Program-made: the position numbers and the translations under genes
Notes under the pieces: model-generated
Seen by the model: only the letters and a program-made list of their open reading frames with translations
Told to the model about the DNA's origin: nothing
Database searches by the model: none
NCBI RefSeq assembly: GCF_044704955.1
Contig: NC_091987.1
Span: 188,790,001 to 188,854,000 of the forward strand
Reading direction: 5' to 3'
Length of the DNA: 64,000 nucleotides
DNA from: Pristiophorus japonicus
Taxonomy: Eukaryota
In this document: positions 1 through 12,239 of the stretch, in pieces
Layout: the number at the start of each line of letters is the position of its first letter
Position numbering within the stretch: position 1 is the stretch's first letter

Positions 1-76
1 GTACTCCTGTAACATAGAAGGCAAATTGGTAGCAAACTACAAGAATTATCTGGCGACAGTTCTTCCTCAAACTCTT

Positions 77-430
77 GGGGACCGAAAATGCCCTGTTCTG
101 CACCTCCCATTAGTGCCTCCGGGGGTGCTAATGGGGCACAAAGCTATTTTTGCCCGGCAAGGGTGGGGGGCTACCAGCTCCTGTGAAATTGTATGGGAAT
201 GAGTGGAGGCACGAACATGGTAGCGCCGCGCACCGCTAATAGTGCGCTGGGCCACCTCGCCTCCAGCGATGTCATCATTGCTGTACACAGTGGAAATTGC
301 CTAGTGCCCGTAAGCTGCCGTGAGAGGTGTCAGCGCCAGCCTTGAGGGTCGCGAACCGGGCCAACTACCGCTCCCGGAGTGGAAGTTAAAGGGGAGGTGT
401 GCTGCGCGCCGGCAATTTTTGGGCTCGAAA
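77..430. mobile_element. Degenerate non-autonomous DNA transposon (MITE), PIF/Harbinger-like GGGG(C/A)CGAAA(T/A)TGCCCC terminus
   Basis: Starts GGGGACCGAAAATGCCCC; the body aligns by eye with 1540-1850 (shared GTCATC..GGAAATTG..GGGTCGCGAACC..TAAAGGGGAGGTG). Confidence 0.55.
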
Positions 431-1074
431 TTGGGTGTGAATCAAATTCTAGGCCCTTTTTTTAAGGAAGGTCCAAGCCATTCTGTTTGAGCATTGGCCC
501 ACAACTATCGAGAGCTCATTACTCTGCCGGGTACTTGGCCTCGAGCCCACTGCTGTGTGCAATATCCCCGCCAGAAAACATTAAGAATTGCGTCAATGAC
601 AGCTGCTGCTGCAGATGGCCAGTAAATTTCATTGTTAATAATTAATGATTCACAACCTCTAAACCACAGTATATTTTATTTAACTTTTACATATGTTCTT
701 CTTTATGTTCCCACCAATTAAGGGGACATATAGATGGTTGATTCCTTGAGATTCACTTCAAAGATTACTGAGAGCCTCCAGATTGTATTAAACCCTCAAA
801 ATGTTAAAAGTATCAAGCTGATAACATTAATTGAGTCAAATGGAGTTGCATGTCTCTTGCGCGGCCTATCTATGCGGCAACTTCTTAATTGGTTCCAATT
901 TACCATTAAAACTCTGCAGAAATTATGATATTATGAGCTGTCTTTCCCCAGTTTTATCATTGCCTTTTGGTTGTATTTAAGCATGAAGTATTCATGTTGC
1001 GGTTTTCCATATTATGCCATTTGCTCATGAGCACTGAGCCTATCTCTTTTTATATGGTATGCATTTGAGATTAT

Positions 1075-1911
1075 GGGGCCAAAATTGCCCCTCTGAGAAA
1101 GCCTGTTAGCACCTCCGGGAGGCGCTAAAGGGATTTTGCATGGGCGCGGTGGCCAGAGCGCCCCCCCCCACCCCCACCCCCCCTCCCCGAATTGCCCCCG
1201 GTGCTCGGTGCGCGAAAGGGATTTTGCACCACATCCTGCGATTAGTGGCTCAGGGGAACAAAGACTGTTTGACTGGCTGGGGCAGTTGGAGGTAGGAAAT
1301 CATGTGATGAAACCTCCAGGTTTATGTTCAATTAGAGTTGGCAACTCTCCATAATACTGATGTACTGTGTCATCTCCTCCCCCACAGGGTCAGCCAGCAA
1401 GTCTTTGGAGCTGTGCTAGCTGCCAACCTGAAAATCTACTGAAGAGTCAGCAAGCACAAAGTCAGCACCTTTGGTGAAATGTACTTTCCTTCGATGCGGG
1501 GCTGCCAGAATCCTCGACTCCCCACTGTGGGTGCTAAGAGAGCATGAGAAACTGCTTTTGCCCGGGGGTGGGGGGAGGGGCGCTACTGGCTCCTGCGAAA
1601 TTGCGCAGGAGTTAGCGGAGGCACTGACACGGTGGTGCCGCGGGCCGCCGCAGAACCAGCGATGATGTCATCGCCGTGTGCGGCAACCCTTTAGCGGCCC
1701 AAGGCAATTCCTTTCCGCCCCGCGGCGGAAATTGGCCAGCACCCGTGAGGCTGCCGCGAGCATTGCCGGTGGCAACCTCGGGGGTCGCGAACCGAGCTGA
1801 CCTCTGCTCCTGGGGCGGAACTAAAGGGGAGGTGCGCTGTGCAGGAAGTCCTGTCCTGGCTCGATTACCACCCCCTCCCCCCCCACTCGGGGTGCTGGGG
1901 AATTTCGCCCC
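1075..1911. mobile_element. MITE (PIF/Harbinger-like) with an internal unrelated repeat fragment
   Basis: Termini GGGGCCAAAATTGCCCC and GGGGAATTTCGCCCC are inverted. The interval 1265-1350 resembles 1985-2066 (ending GAGTTGGCAAC). Confidence 0.55.
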
Positions 1912-3008
1912 CTGCGTCTGGTCTTCATTTTCTTTGATAGCTTTTGTTTATAAGTTAGAAAAATATCGGAGATGGGATTAAAGGCTGTTTGACTGGGTGG
2001 AGTGATTGGAGGCAGGAGGCCGTGTAATGAAACCTCCAGGAATACATCTAACCAGAGTTGGCAACTATCGCCCACACACCTTTTTTAAAGTCATTAACCG
2101 GAATGGCAAGGGGATTTAAAATATAGCACAGGGAACGGCTCAGGCTATGGCCCCACCACATGACAATTATCGCGCATCCTATTGGATATCTATTTGGTGG
2201 AGAGAATACGTGAAGCATTTTGTTTTTACTGAAAACATCGCAGGACAGCTGTACAGCTGTATAATGCAGCTGACAGTTAAAGTACATTGTGAAATGTAAG
2301 GCAGTTATTGAATGCTGCTCTTAAACAAATGTCAGAAGGGGCATTGACTGTTTGTACCGTACCAGGCTGCAGATACATATAATTACTGGTATAAAAAACA
2401 GCCAAGAGACACGTTAAATGCCACGTTAACAACTTCACTAAAGCCTGCCCAAGCTGAGCTGTGTTTGCTGCCGGTGCTGCCACCTCCTGCACAAGCGAAG
2501 TCCGAGCTGCTAATCTCACTGCTCAAGGTGAGGCTTCCTCTCATTGTAAAACACACATCTTCTTGATCGGAACGGCATCATTTGAAAAACCTCTTCTGCA
2601 TCTCCCTGCAATGTGACCGTGGCATTTTCACGCACACTAAAACTCAGCTGAAAATTAAATATAGTCAGGTGGTTCCTGGAAGTTATTGCACAAAGGCTGC
2701 TTGTTAGAACAGGTTAGAGATGACTGGCTTCAAAAATCTGGGGTCATTTATCATTTTAAATATTATTTTTGTTACTTGAATCATCCTGATGTTCTGATAA
2801 AATGTTGGATGAGGAAATATGCTCCTGGCCAGTGTGCAGGAAACAGATGGGCGAGGAAATTGGGTCCTTGTGTTCTTACCACACATATATCTATTAGTAC
2901 ATTGCCAAGTTAATCAGTATGGACTCAGCTTGCTATATTTCAGTTGTGGTAGTGGATGCAGTAATGTGAATTATTCTGTCCAAGCAGTTATCAGCTTGCT
3001 TAGATTTA

Positions 3009-3412
3009 GGGGGCGAAATTGCCCTGCACCCCGATTGGGGGCGGTAAATTTCAGGGGCCGTGACATTTAGCGCCTGGTGCAGAAGTCCCGCCGCCAACGC
3101 TGAATTGGACTTACCGCCCCTCAAAGGACGTGGAGCGCTATCTTCAGTGCTCCACTTCCTTTGGGGGTGGGTTGTGGGGCACTACTGTGGTGAAATATTC
3201 AATGTTACATGGGTAGTCCGCGTAGAGCTGACGCGCTGTCATCACCGGTAGCGCGGCAGATAACTGTAGGGGCACGGCGCTGCTGTGGCAGAACCTCCAT
3301 AATTTCCCGGGAGGTGGTAGCGCCCCTCTCCTCCGGGCAAAAACTGCTTTGCGCCCTGTTAGCGCGTCCCCCAGAGGCGCTAACGGGGCTATAAAAAGGG
3401 GCAATTTCGTCC
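3009..3412. mobile_element. ~400-bp MITE
   Basis: TIRs GGGGCGAAATTGCCC / GGGGCAATTTCGTCC. It interrupts a sequence that is continuous in its inverted partner at 7835-8049. Confidence 0.7.
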
Positions 3413-3932
3413 TCAGAGAGTTATATAACAGCGCCATCTGGTGCACAGCTTGAGCAATTACCTGTGTTTTTACATTATTACGCATCAGGCTGGGGTTAAA
3501 CCAATTGCTGATCATGTTATATGGATGATTCCATTTCCAATCTATGGTCTAGAAGAAGAGACAGCTTAAATGATCTGCTCGCATCGCCAAACTGAGATCA
3601 AATAACAAAACAGACCTAACAGAAAGCCTTTTGTATGCAATCAGGCTTGCCATTTTAATTATTTCATTAGTTGCGCCTCGTAAAAACATGCACATTTATT
3701 TATTTGTGAATGACACTGGGGCAATGCTGTCATCTTTATGGATCAATTAAAAAGCTGAAACTGAAGCTCCTACCGTCTGCAAAATCCACGTGTAAACAAC
3801 AAGGTGAATGGCATCACCAGACAAGGTAAACCTGGAAAGGATGATGATGAGATGATAATGATGCATCCAGTTCCCAGCAAGTTGCGACTAAATCCAGATG
3901 GACTACTGTGGGGCCAAATGACCCGAGAGATT

Positions 3933-6900
3933 TTTTTGCTTATTTTCTTTTTATTCGTCCCGGATTGTGGGTGTCGCTGGCAAGGCCAGCATTTATCGCC
4001 TGTCCCTAATTGCCCTTGAGAAGGTGGTAGTGAGTTGCCTTCTTGAACCACTGCAGTCCTTGTGGTGAAGGTATTCCCATAGTGCTTTTATGGAGGGAGT
4101 TCCAGGATTTTGATCCAGCGACAGTGAATGTACTGGTTTCTATGAGAGGGCAGCTTGAGGCAAGAACAAATTCTGCCAGCTAGTGTCAACCGCAACACAA
4201 AGAAATATGGCTTCCATTTCTAAATCCTTTATTTATGCGGTGAATTGTAAGAATACAAAACAAGAAAAACAATACTAGATTTCTTGCAATACATCATCAG
4301 AAGCTATAATACTTGAGAACAGGTCGAATAATCTAAGAACAATCCAAGGAAGAGGCAATAAAAGAGGAAAATATTCATTTAACTGTGGTTCGGGAGAGGG
4401 TCACATTAACAGGGAGATCTGGTCACTAAATTAACAGGGAGCAAAATGTCTACCCTGTCCATGCACCTTAAAATATCTCCTGGAGCCTGAACGGCGCCCC
4501 CCTGTGGCAGAAAATAGCATACTAAATGACATTGTCTCAGGGAGACCATCACATTGAAGGAACGGCAATATATTTCCAAGTCAGGATGATGTATAACTTG
4601 AAGGGAACTTCCAGGTGATGGTGTGCCCATGTGCCTGCTGCTCTTGTCCTTCTAAGTAGAGGTCGTGGGTTTGGGAGGTGCTGCGGAAGAAGCCTTGGCG
4701 AGTTGCTGCAGTGCATCTTATAGATGGTACACACTGTAGCCACGGTGCGCTGGTGGTGGAGGGAGTGAATGTTAAAGGTGGTGGATGGGGTGCTAATCAA
4801 GCGGGCTGCTTTGTCCTGGATGGTGTTGAACTTCTTGAGGGTTGTTGGAGCTGCACTCATCCAGCCAAGTGGAGAGTATTCCATCACACTCCTGACTTGT
4901 GCCTTGTAGATGGTGGAAAGACTTTGGGGAGTCAGGAGGTGAGACACTTGCCGCTGAATACTCAGCCTTTGATCCGCTCTTCTTGTCACAGTGTTACTGT
5001 GGCTGGTCCAATTAAGTTTCTGGTTAATGCCCCCAGGATGTTAATGGTGTGGGATTCAGCGATGGTAATGCCGTTGAATATCAAGGGGAGTTGGTTAGAC
5101 TCTCACTTGTTCGAGATAGTCATTGCCTGGCACTTGTGTGGTGCGAATGTTACTTGCTACTTCTCAGCCCAAGCCTGAATGTTGTCCAGGTCTTGCTGCA
5201 TGCGGGCATGGATTGCTTCATTTTCTGAGGAATTGTAAATGGGACTGAACACCGATAAATCAACAGCGAACATCCCGACCTTTTACTGGAGGGAAGGTCA
5301 TTGATGTAGCAGCTGAAGATGGTTTGGCCTAGGACACTGCACTGAGGAACTCCTGCAGCGATGTCCTGGGCTGTGATGATTGACCTCCAACAACCACAAC
5401 CATCTTACTTTGTGCTAGGTATGACTCCAGCCAGTGGAAAGTTTCCCCCCTGATTCCCATTGACTTCAATTTTACTGGGGCACCTGAATGCCACACTTGA
5501 TCAAATGCTGCTTTGATGCCAAGGACCGTCACTCTCATCTCATCTCTGGAATTCAGCTCTTTTGCCCATGTTTGGACCAAGGCTGTAATGAGGTCTTGAG
5601 CCGAGTGATCCTGACGGAACCCAAACTGAGCATCGGTGAGCAGGTTATTGGTGAATATGTGCCACTTGATAGCACTGTCGACGACACCGTCCATCACTTT
5701 GCTGATAATTGAGTAAACTGATGGGGCAGTAATTGGCTGGATTGGATTTGTCCTGCTTTTTGTGGACAGGATATAGCTGGGAGTTTTCCACATTGTCGGG
5801 TAGATGCCAGTGTTGTAGCTGTACTGAAACAGTTTGGCTAGAGGCATGGCTAGTTCTGGAGCACACGTCTTTAGCACAACAGCCGGGATGTTGTCGGGGC
5901 CCATAGCTTTTGCTGTACCCAGTGCGCTCAGCCGTTTCTTGTGCTTTGATCTGATCCATTGATTATGGGATCGTTTAGCTCTGTTTATAGCATGCTACTT
6001 CCGCTGTTTAACATGTATGTAGTCCTGTGTTGCAGCATCCTCCGGTTGGTACCACATTTTTTTATATGCCTGGTGCCACTTCTGGCTTGCTCTTCTGCAC
6101 TCCTCATTGAACCAGGGTTGGTCCCCTGGCTTAATGGTAATGGTAGAATGAGAAATATGCCGGGCCATGAGGTTATGATGGAATACAAATCTGCTGCTGC
6201 TGATGGCCCATGGAGACTCATGGATGCCCAGTTTTTAGCTGCTAGATCTGTTCTGAATCTATCCCATTTAGCACAGTGGTAGAGCCTTGCAACATGATGC
6301 AGGGTGACTTCAGTGTGAAGACAGGACTTTGTCTACACAATGTGAGGTGTCACTGCTACCAATGCTGTCATGGACAGAGACATCTGTGATAGTCAGCAGG
6401 AGGTTTCCTTGCCCTTGCTTGACCTGAAGCCATGAGACTTCATGGGGTCCAGAGTCAATGTTAAGGACTCCCAGGGCCACTCCCTCCCGACTGTATACTA
6501 CTGTGCTGCCACCTTGGGTGGGTCTGTCCTTCCTGCCGGTGGGACAGAACAGGATGGTGATGGAGGAGTCTGGGACATTGGCTGAAAGGTATGTTTGTGT
6601 GAGTATGGCTATTTCAGGCTGCTGCTTGACTAGTCTGTGGGACAGCTCTCCCAATTTTGGCACAAGTCCCCAGCTGTTCATGAGGAGAACTTTGCAGGGT
6701 CGACTGGATTAGGTGTGCCATTGTTGTATCCAAAGCCGGTGTCGCAGTCGATGCCAGGTGGTCAGTCTGGATTTATTTTTAATATTGTTTCTTGTAGTGA
6801 TTTGTTATAACTGAGTGGCTTGCTAGGCCATTTCAGAGGGCAGTTAAGAGTCAACCACATTGCTGTGGGTCTGGAGTCACATATCGGCTCGACCAGGTAA

Positions 6901-7097
6901 GGACGGCAGATTTCCTTCTCTAAAGGACATTCGTGAACCAATGGGTTTTTATGACAATCCAGTAGTTTCATGGTCACCATTAGTGATACTAGCTTTTTAT
7001 TTCAGATTTATTTAATTAACTGAATTTAAATGGTGGGATTTGAATTCATTTCTCTGGATTATTAGTCCGTTTCTCTGGATTACTAGTCCCGTAACTT
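3933..7097 (-). mobile_element. Degenerate non-LTR retrotransposon (CR1/L2-group, EN-RT) with a tRNA-like 5' head
   Basis: Minus-strand fragments: EN (WGLVPKLGEL..IAILTQTYL), RT (GPDNIPAVVLK, KSNPANYCPISLL, QFGFR, KAAFDQVWH) and C-terminus (IYKAQVRSVMEYS). There is a 3' A-rich tail near 3933-3955 and a tRNA-like head near 7030-7097. Confidence 0.85.
4129..4553 (-). mobile_element. Solo LTR inserted in the LINE
   Basis: Begins TG and ends CA, flanked by GTGAA/TTGAA (5-bp TSD, 1 mismatch). The LINE sequence resumes seamlessly after it, and there is a minus-strand AATAAA. Confidence 0.65.
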
Positions 7098-7519
7098 AAT
7101 CACCATGCTACCGTTCCCAACATGTTTTTTTGTTCATTTCATTTTGAGCTAAAAGTATATAAGATATTTCAGAAGAGAATAATAATTCATGCTCGGGAAA
7201 GGGATTTGACACAGACATGTTGACCTTTTGAAGGACAATTGTCAGTTTGAAAAAAGGGTAAAGGATATAACAAAGCAGCACCCAGCATATAGATTTCTAG
7301 TGTAGAGGTATATAGTGAAACAGCTTTTAACGAGTGAAATGTCCCCGAGTGATCCAGAGACCAAACAGGAATTGGAGGAATGAGGTTCGGGAGGCAAAGA
7401 AAGGCATGGTTGAATAGTTGGCTTTTAAGGACCTTTTTGAAGATGGGAAGAGGTGTAAATTCCAGTGTGTCTAGCCATGATACCGCAAGGCTCTGCGATC
7501 AACGGAAGAGTAAAGGAAA

Positions 7520-7830
7520 AGGAGGATGCACAAAATTCAGTAGATGGAGTGTATATGGATTCTCAAAAATATTCGGTAAGGTGTCTCACACGAGGGATGT
7601 GAGAAAAATTCAGGAGTATGGTACAAGAAAAAAGATAGAAAGTTGGCTGATAGATTGGAAACAAAGTTAGGTTAAATAGGTGTGAAATCTCCTTTTGTTC
7701 TCAGTATAGATGATTTGGATATTAGGACATAGAATCATAGAATATCGAAAACAGTTTTGAAATTTACTGATGACAAAAAACTAGGAGGTTTTCAAAAAAG
7801 GGAAGAGGACTATAACGACTTCAGGAAGAT
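7520..7830 (+). mobile_element. Old, highly degraded CR1 RT fragment
   Basis: Remnants of D.VYMDF.K.F.KV.H and KFTDD.KLGG motifs. Confidence 0.55.
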
Positions 7831-8212
7831 GTACATTGGAAATGGAATCATCCGTATAACATGATAAGCAATTGGTTTAACCCCAGCCTGACATGTAATT
7901 GTTCAAGCTGTGCACCCGTCGGTGCTGTTACAGGAATCTAAATCTGAGTAAGTTGTTAACTGCTTGGATAGAGCAATTCACGTTGTTGCAGCCACTGCCA
8001 CAAATGATGTACAGCAAGCTGAGTCGAGACGGATTAACTTGGCAATGTAACAGCGGTTAGTAGGAAATTCTATTCATCAGAAAAAGGCAGCTCCAAAGCG
8101 ACTGGGTAGTTCCTGACACTGTTCTCCAGGACTATTGGCCTCTCCTCAATCAGCTGCTTGAGGGACCATGCGCTCAGTGTCCCAGAGTGTTCACTGTGGT
8201 TTTTATCAACAG

Positions 8213-11200
8213 TGTTATGTTCAGAATAAATCCACAGGACTATATTGCAAGCTCAAACTGTTGTGACCTTGGTCTCTTTATTCAGATTCCAGAGTGGGGA
8301 AGCAGCATGGTGAATCACCTTTTATACCTGTTTGCCCCAGGGTGCACAGGTGACCCTTAGGTCTCCCACAAGTGTGCCCTCCAGTGGCAAGTCTTTTGGT
8401 AAGGTTTACGTACATACATAATATCACTTTCCCCCCTCCCCCCCCCCCCCACCCCCCAAAAGTCTTATTGTGCAAGATATTTACAAGTTGAGGCAATCTG
8501 GCACCCCACTTCCCCGGGTCGATCATCTGGGTTGAAGTCCTGACATGGTGGGTTCATCCTTGTGGTTGACGGCGAAGTTGATCGTGGTAGTGGGTCGCTG
8601 GGGGCCAGGTCCTTTCATAGTGGTTCCTGGTTATCTGTCGTTCGCAGTTTGGTCTTGTCCAACTGCTTGACTCGTTAGCCCGGTACATGGTTTCACAATC
8701 AAATGCTCCGTTTTCATCACATACACTCCATTCCCTCCTTGGCTAATGCGGTGCTAGCGGCCCAACTGAGGCCCTGAACATGGTCTACATCACTTATTTT
8801 TATGTCGCGTGGAGGGGTCGTGCAATTATGGTGCATTCTCTGCTGATGGCATACGGAAGGCTCGGTTCTGAGTGATTCTGTCTGGTGACTGCATAGCCAG
8901 GATAGCCGGGTCTGTAGGGAGTCTACCGTGACACACGTGGTGCTTGGTTTAGTGATTTGGGCTGCCTGCTCCGGGCTATTGTCGATGACCCTGAGGTCTA
9001 GCAAGCCCAGGATGGCCGCCATGGCCTTGAGACATTCGGTAGTGCAGGAAGCCTAGTGGTCCCCGTGGACCTTAGTATGGGGGCCCCAGACCACCGACTG
9101 TGTGTAGCCGCCCTGCCTTACTTTGCAACGTTGGGATGGGTTTTTCATCTCTGCGACGGATAAGTTGCCACATCCCATCTAGCAGTTCACCTTTGGCAGG
9201 CGGTAACGTGGGATCCTGGCTGGTCCAGGTCCTAAGCTGGGGGGGCCGTTACGGTTGACCCCTCGTTTTCTAGCACTTCCACGACCGCGAGTGGGTCTGC
9301 AGGCTGCGCCATTTCCACACCGGTGGTGGGCAACGGTAGCCAACTGAGGGCATTAGTGCCACTCTCAGTGCCTGGCCTGTGGCGGATCATGTTACAGCGC
9401 ACATACAGTATTAGACATTCTCGAAACAATGCATCGATAATGGTGCCTCTGCTCTCCCAAGCTCATTAGATGAGCAGCTTGTCTGACTCGAGCACATATT
9501 GGGACATTCTTTGGTACGTCTCTTTAGTCCCGTGAACTTCGGCTGCTGCTTAGTTTAACTTATTGGATACATGTTCAATAGTTTGGGGCTTGCCCGCTAC
9601 TTTTGCTTGCTGCACAACACTCTCAACTCCGTGTGGTACCATCTCACTTGCTACGAATACTTTGTCAGATACATATATGACCGGTTGGTGTTCGCTCGCT
9701 ACTTTGGCTCGTCGTAAGGTACCCCCAACCCCATATAATGGTACTTCAGTGGCCACGAAAGACCACTCACAAGAGTTACATAGTGCACACAATTTATTGG
9801 AGCGTAGTGGGTTCCTGGTCTTCACGGCAGCTGCCCCTTTACCTTTGCCCCAAGCCCAGTCGTCTTCCTTGCTGGGCGACACATTTCTCTGTTCCATTGC
9901 GGCGACCTCTCGTGGTCTGGACGCTCTCTCGCCCCGTGGTCTGGACGCACCTTCGTCCCGTGGTCTGGATGCCTTCTCGTCCCATGGTCTGGATGCCTTC
10001 TCGTCCGTGTCCGTGATGCCGACTGCCGTGATCTTCCTCCCCAAATATTTTGCCTCTGGCATCGGGAAGACGCATTGGGATCATTTCGGCCAGAATCCCA
10101 CTCCGCATGGTCGACCTGGAGCCTCTTCCATTGTCGCGAAGAAGTCGTCGGCTTCGGGTGGTGGGTACCGCGCCTGTCCTGCTGCTCGGTTGAACTTTAC
10201 CTCCTCGTGGTTGTGATGAGCGGCTTGTGCCTCAGGGATCTGCAAATGGATCTGCACTTCGATGCCTGGTTCAGCTGAAGGTGGGGGTTTGCTCAGCCTA
10301 TGAGAAGGGGAGACCTCGTTCGCCAGAGGAGGTACGCAGAAGTCTTCCCAGTTCCATCGAATCTTCCCCATCCACCTCCTGCCAAGCGGCCCATCACCTG
10401 AAGCAATCCACAGGGGTAAATCGTGCACTGCTCCCTCATGGAATACTCTTATCCGCACTACCAGTAGCTGGTATCAATTCCTTGGTGTAGGTGCGCAGCT
10501 TTGCCTGAATCAGGATCAGCTTGAGTCGCTGTGCTTCGTCGCTCCACAGCCTCTTGAATGCCTTCTGGCTCATAACTGATTGACACGCCTCCGTGTCTAG
10601 TTCCATGGAGACTGGAGTGCCGTTAAGTTCAACTGTTAACATTATCGGAGGGTTTTTGGTGGTGAAGGTGTGTATCAATGTGGTGAGTCAGAGATTGTTT
10701 GCACATTCGCTGGAGGTGCCCCATTGTTCCACAGCCCTTGCACACACACGTCTTGAATCGACATTGATGAGCTCTATGGCTGCCCCCGCAGCGCCAAAAT
10801 GTTGCTAATGGATACGCATTCATGCCCCACGGCGGGCTCAGTCACTCTAGGCCTAGGTCTGGCCTCTGCAATCACGTGGGCCCTGCCCTGTGCTGTTCTA
10901 CCTGCTGAAAACATTATTTTGTGCACGGTGCTTGCCGGTGAGCTTCGATTCTGTGAAGATATCTGTTTCGTGTTATTGCTCGTGGATATGAAGGCTTGGG
11001 CTATCGTGATGGCCTTGCTCAGATCTAGGGATTCGGCAGACAGCAGTTTGCGAAGAATGACCTCGTGGCCAATTCCAAGCACAAAAAAGTCCCGTAACAT
11101 TTCCCCCAAGGATCCTGCAAATTCGCACTGTCCCACAAGGCGTCTTAGGTTGGCGACAAAACTCGCCACGTTCTGGCCCTCGGAGCGATGGTGCGTGTAA

Positions 11201-11737
11201 AAATGGTACCTGGCCATCAGGATGCTCTCCTTTGACTTGAGGTGTTCCCTAGCCAGTGTACATAGCTCTGTGTAAGATTTGTCCATTAGTTTGACTGGTG
11301 CCAGCAAATTGTTAAGGAGGCCATATATCGATGACCCACATACGGTGAGGAAAATCGCCCTGCACTTGATCACTGTTTCAGCCGTGTCTAATTCATTGGC
11401 TGAGTAATGGTCAAGGCACTCAATGAAGGCTTCCCAATCATTACCCTCAACAAATCTCTCAAGAATACCAACGGCAGCCATTACCGCGTGACAGTTCATG
11501 ATCCGTTACTCGTCGCCAATTTGTTATGTTCAGAATAAATCCACCCGACTATATCGTAAGCTCAAACTGTTGTGACCTTGGTCTCTCTATTCAGACTCCA
11601 GAGTGAGGAAGCAGCATGGTGAATCACCTTTTATACCTGCTTGCCCCAGGATGCGCAGGTGACCCTTAGGTCTCCCACAGGTGTGCCCCCTAGTGGCAAG
11701 TCTTACATTTTGGTAAGGTTTACATACATACATAACA
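8213..11737 (-). mobile_element. Gypsy (Mag-like) LTR retrotransposon, non-autonomous with remodelled pol
   Basis: LTRs at 8213-8423 and 11522-11737 (TGTT..AACA), TSD AACAG/ATCAG, PBS TGGCGACGAG and PPT at 8428-8457. Gag is at 10774-11499, followed by a zinc knuckle and protease (MELDT). RT core motifs are absent. Confidence 0.9.
9906..10005. repeat. 24-bp tandem repeat, ~4 copies, inside the LTR element
   Basis: Units of GTCCCGTGGTCTGGATGCCTTCTC; translates as (EKASRPxD)n on the minus strand. Confidence 0.85.
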
Positions 11738-12059
11738 ATCAGGACAAAGGATACCAGTGAGCCCAAAATTACCGAGGAATCTTGCTGCTATCAGTGGCTT
11801 TTGAGATGGTTCTTTGGGATGTCATGGCATACACGTGGCATGATACGGAAGCCTGCAGAGCAGTCAAAAGGAACAGGTTTCACTTTGTGGAACAGGTTAA
11901 AGTTTTATAAAGATTGGACAGTGTTGAAGGACTCAGGAAATCCACTTACATTGTTTTCATTGATTTACCACTACCTCCTGCAGAAGTTGAACGCCATGGC
12001 AGCGGTTGGCCAAATCTTGGATTTTAGCAAGGATGTGTACTCATAAGAGTATTGTCACA

Positions 12060-12192
12060 TAACAAATAGGAGCAAGCGTAGGCCATTCGGCCCCTTGAGT
12101 CTGTTCTGCCATTCAATAAGATCATGACAGATCTTCAACCTCAACTCCACTTTCCTGCACTATCCCCATATCCCTTTATTCCCTTAATATCC
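12060..12192 (-). mobile_element. CR1 3' end fragment
   Basis: ATAGGAGC..AGGCCATTCGGCCCCTTGAG..CCATTCAATAAGATCATG matches the other CR1 3' ends in the window. Confidence 0.75.
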
Positions 12193-12239
12193 AGCTCCAA
12201 GATTTGACAAAGTTCGAGAGCAGACTCTCTAGACCTGCA

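Noticed and set aside
9563-10216. 217-aa plus-strand ORF
   Set aside because: Antisense shadow of the Gypsy pol remnant, with no independent motifs.
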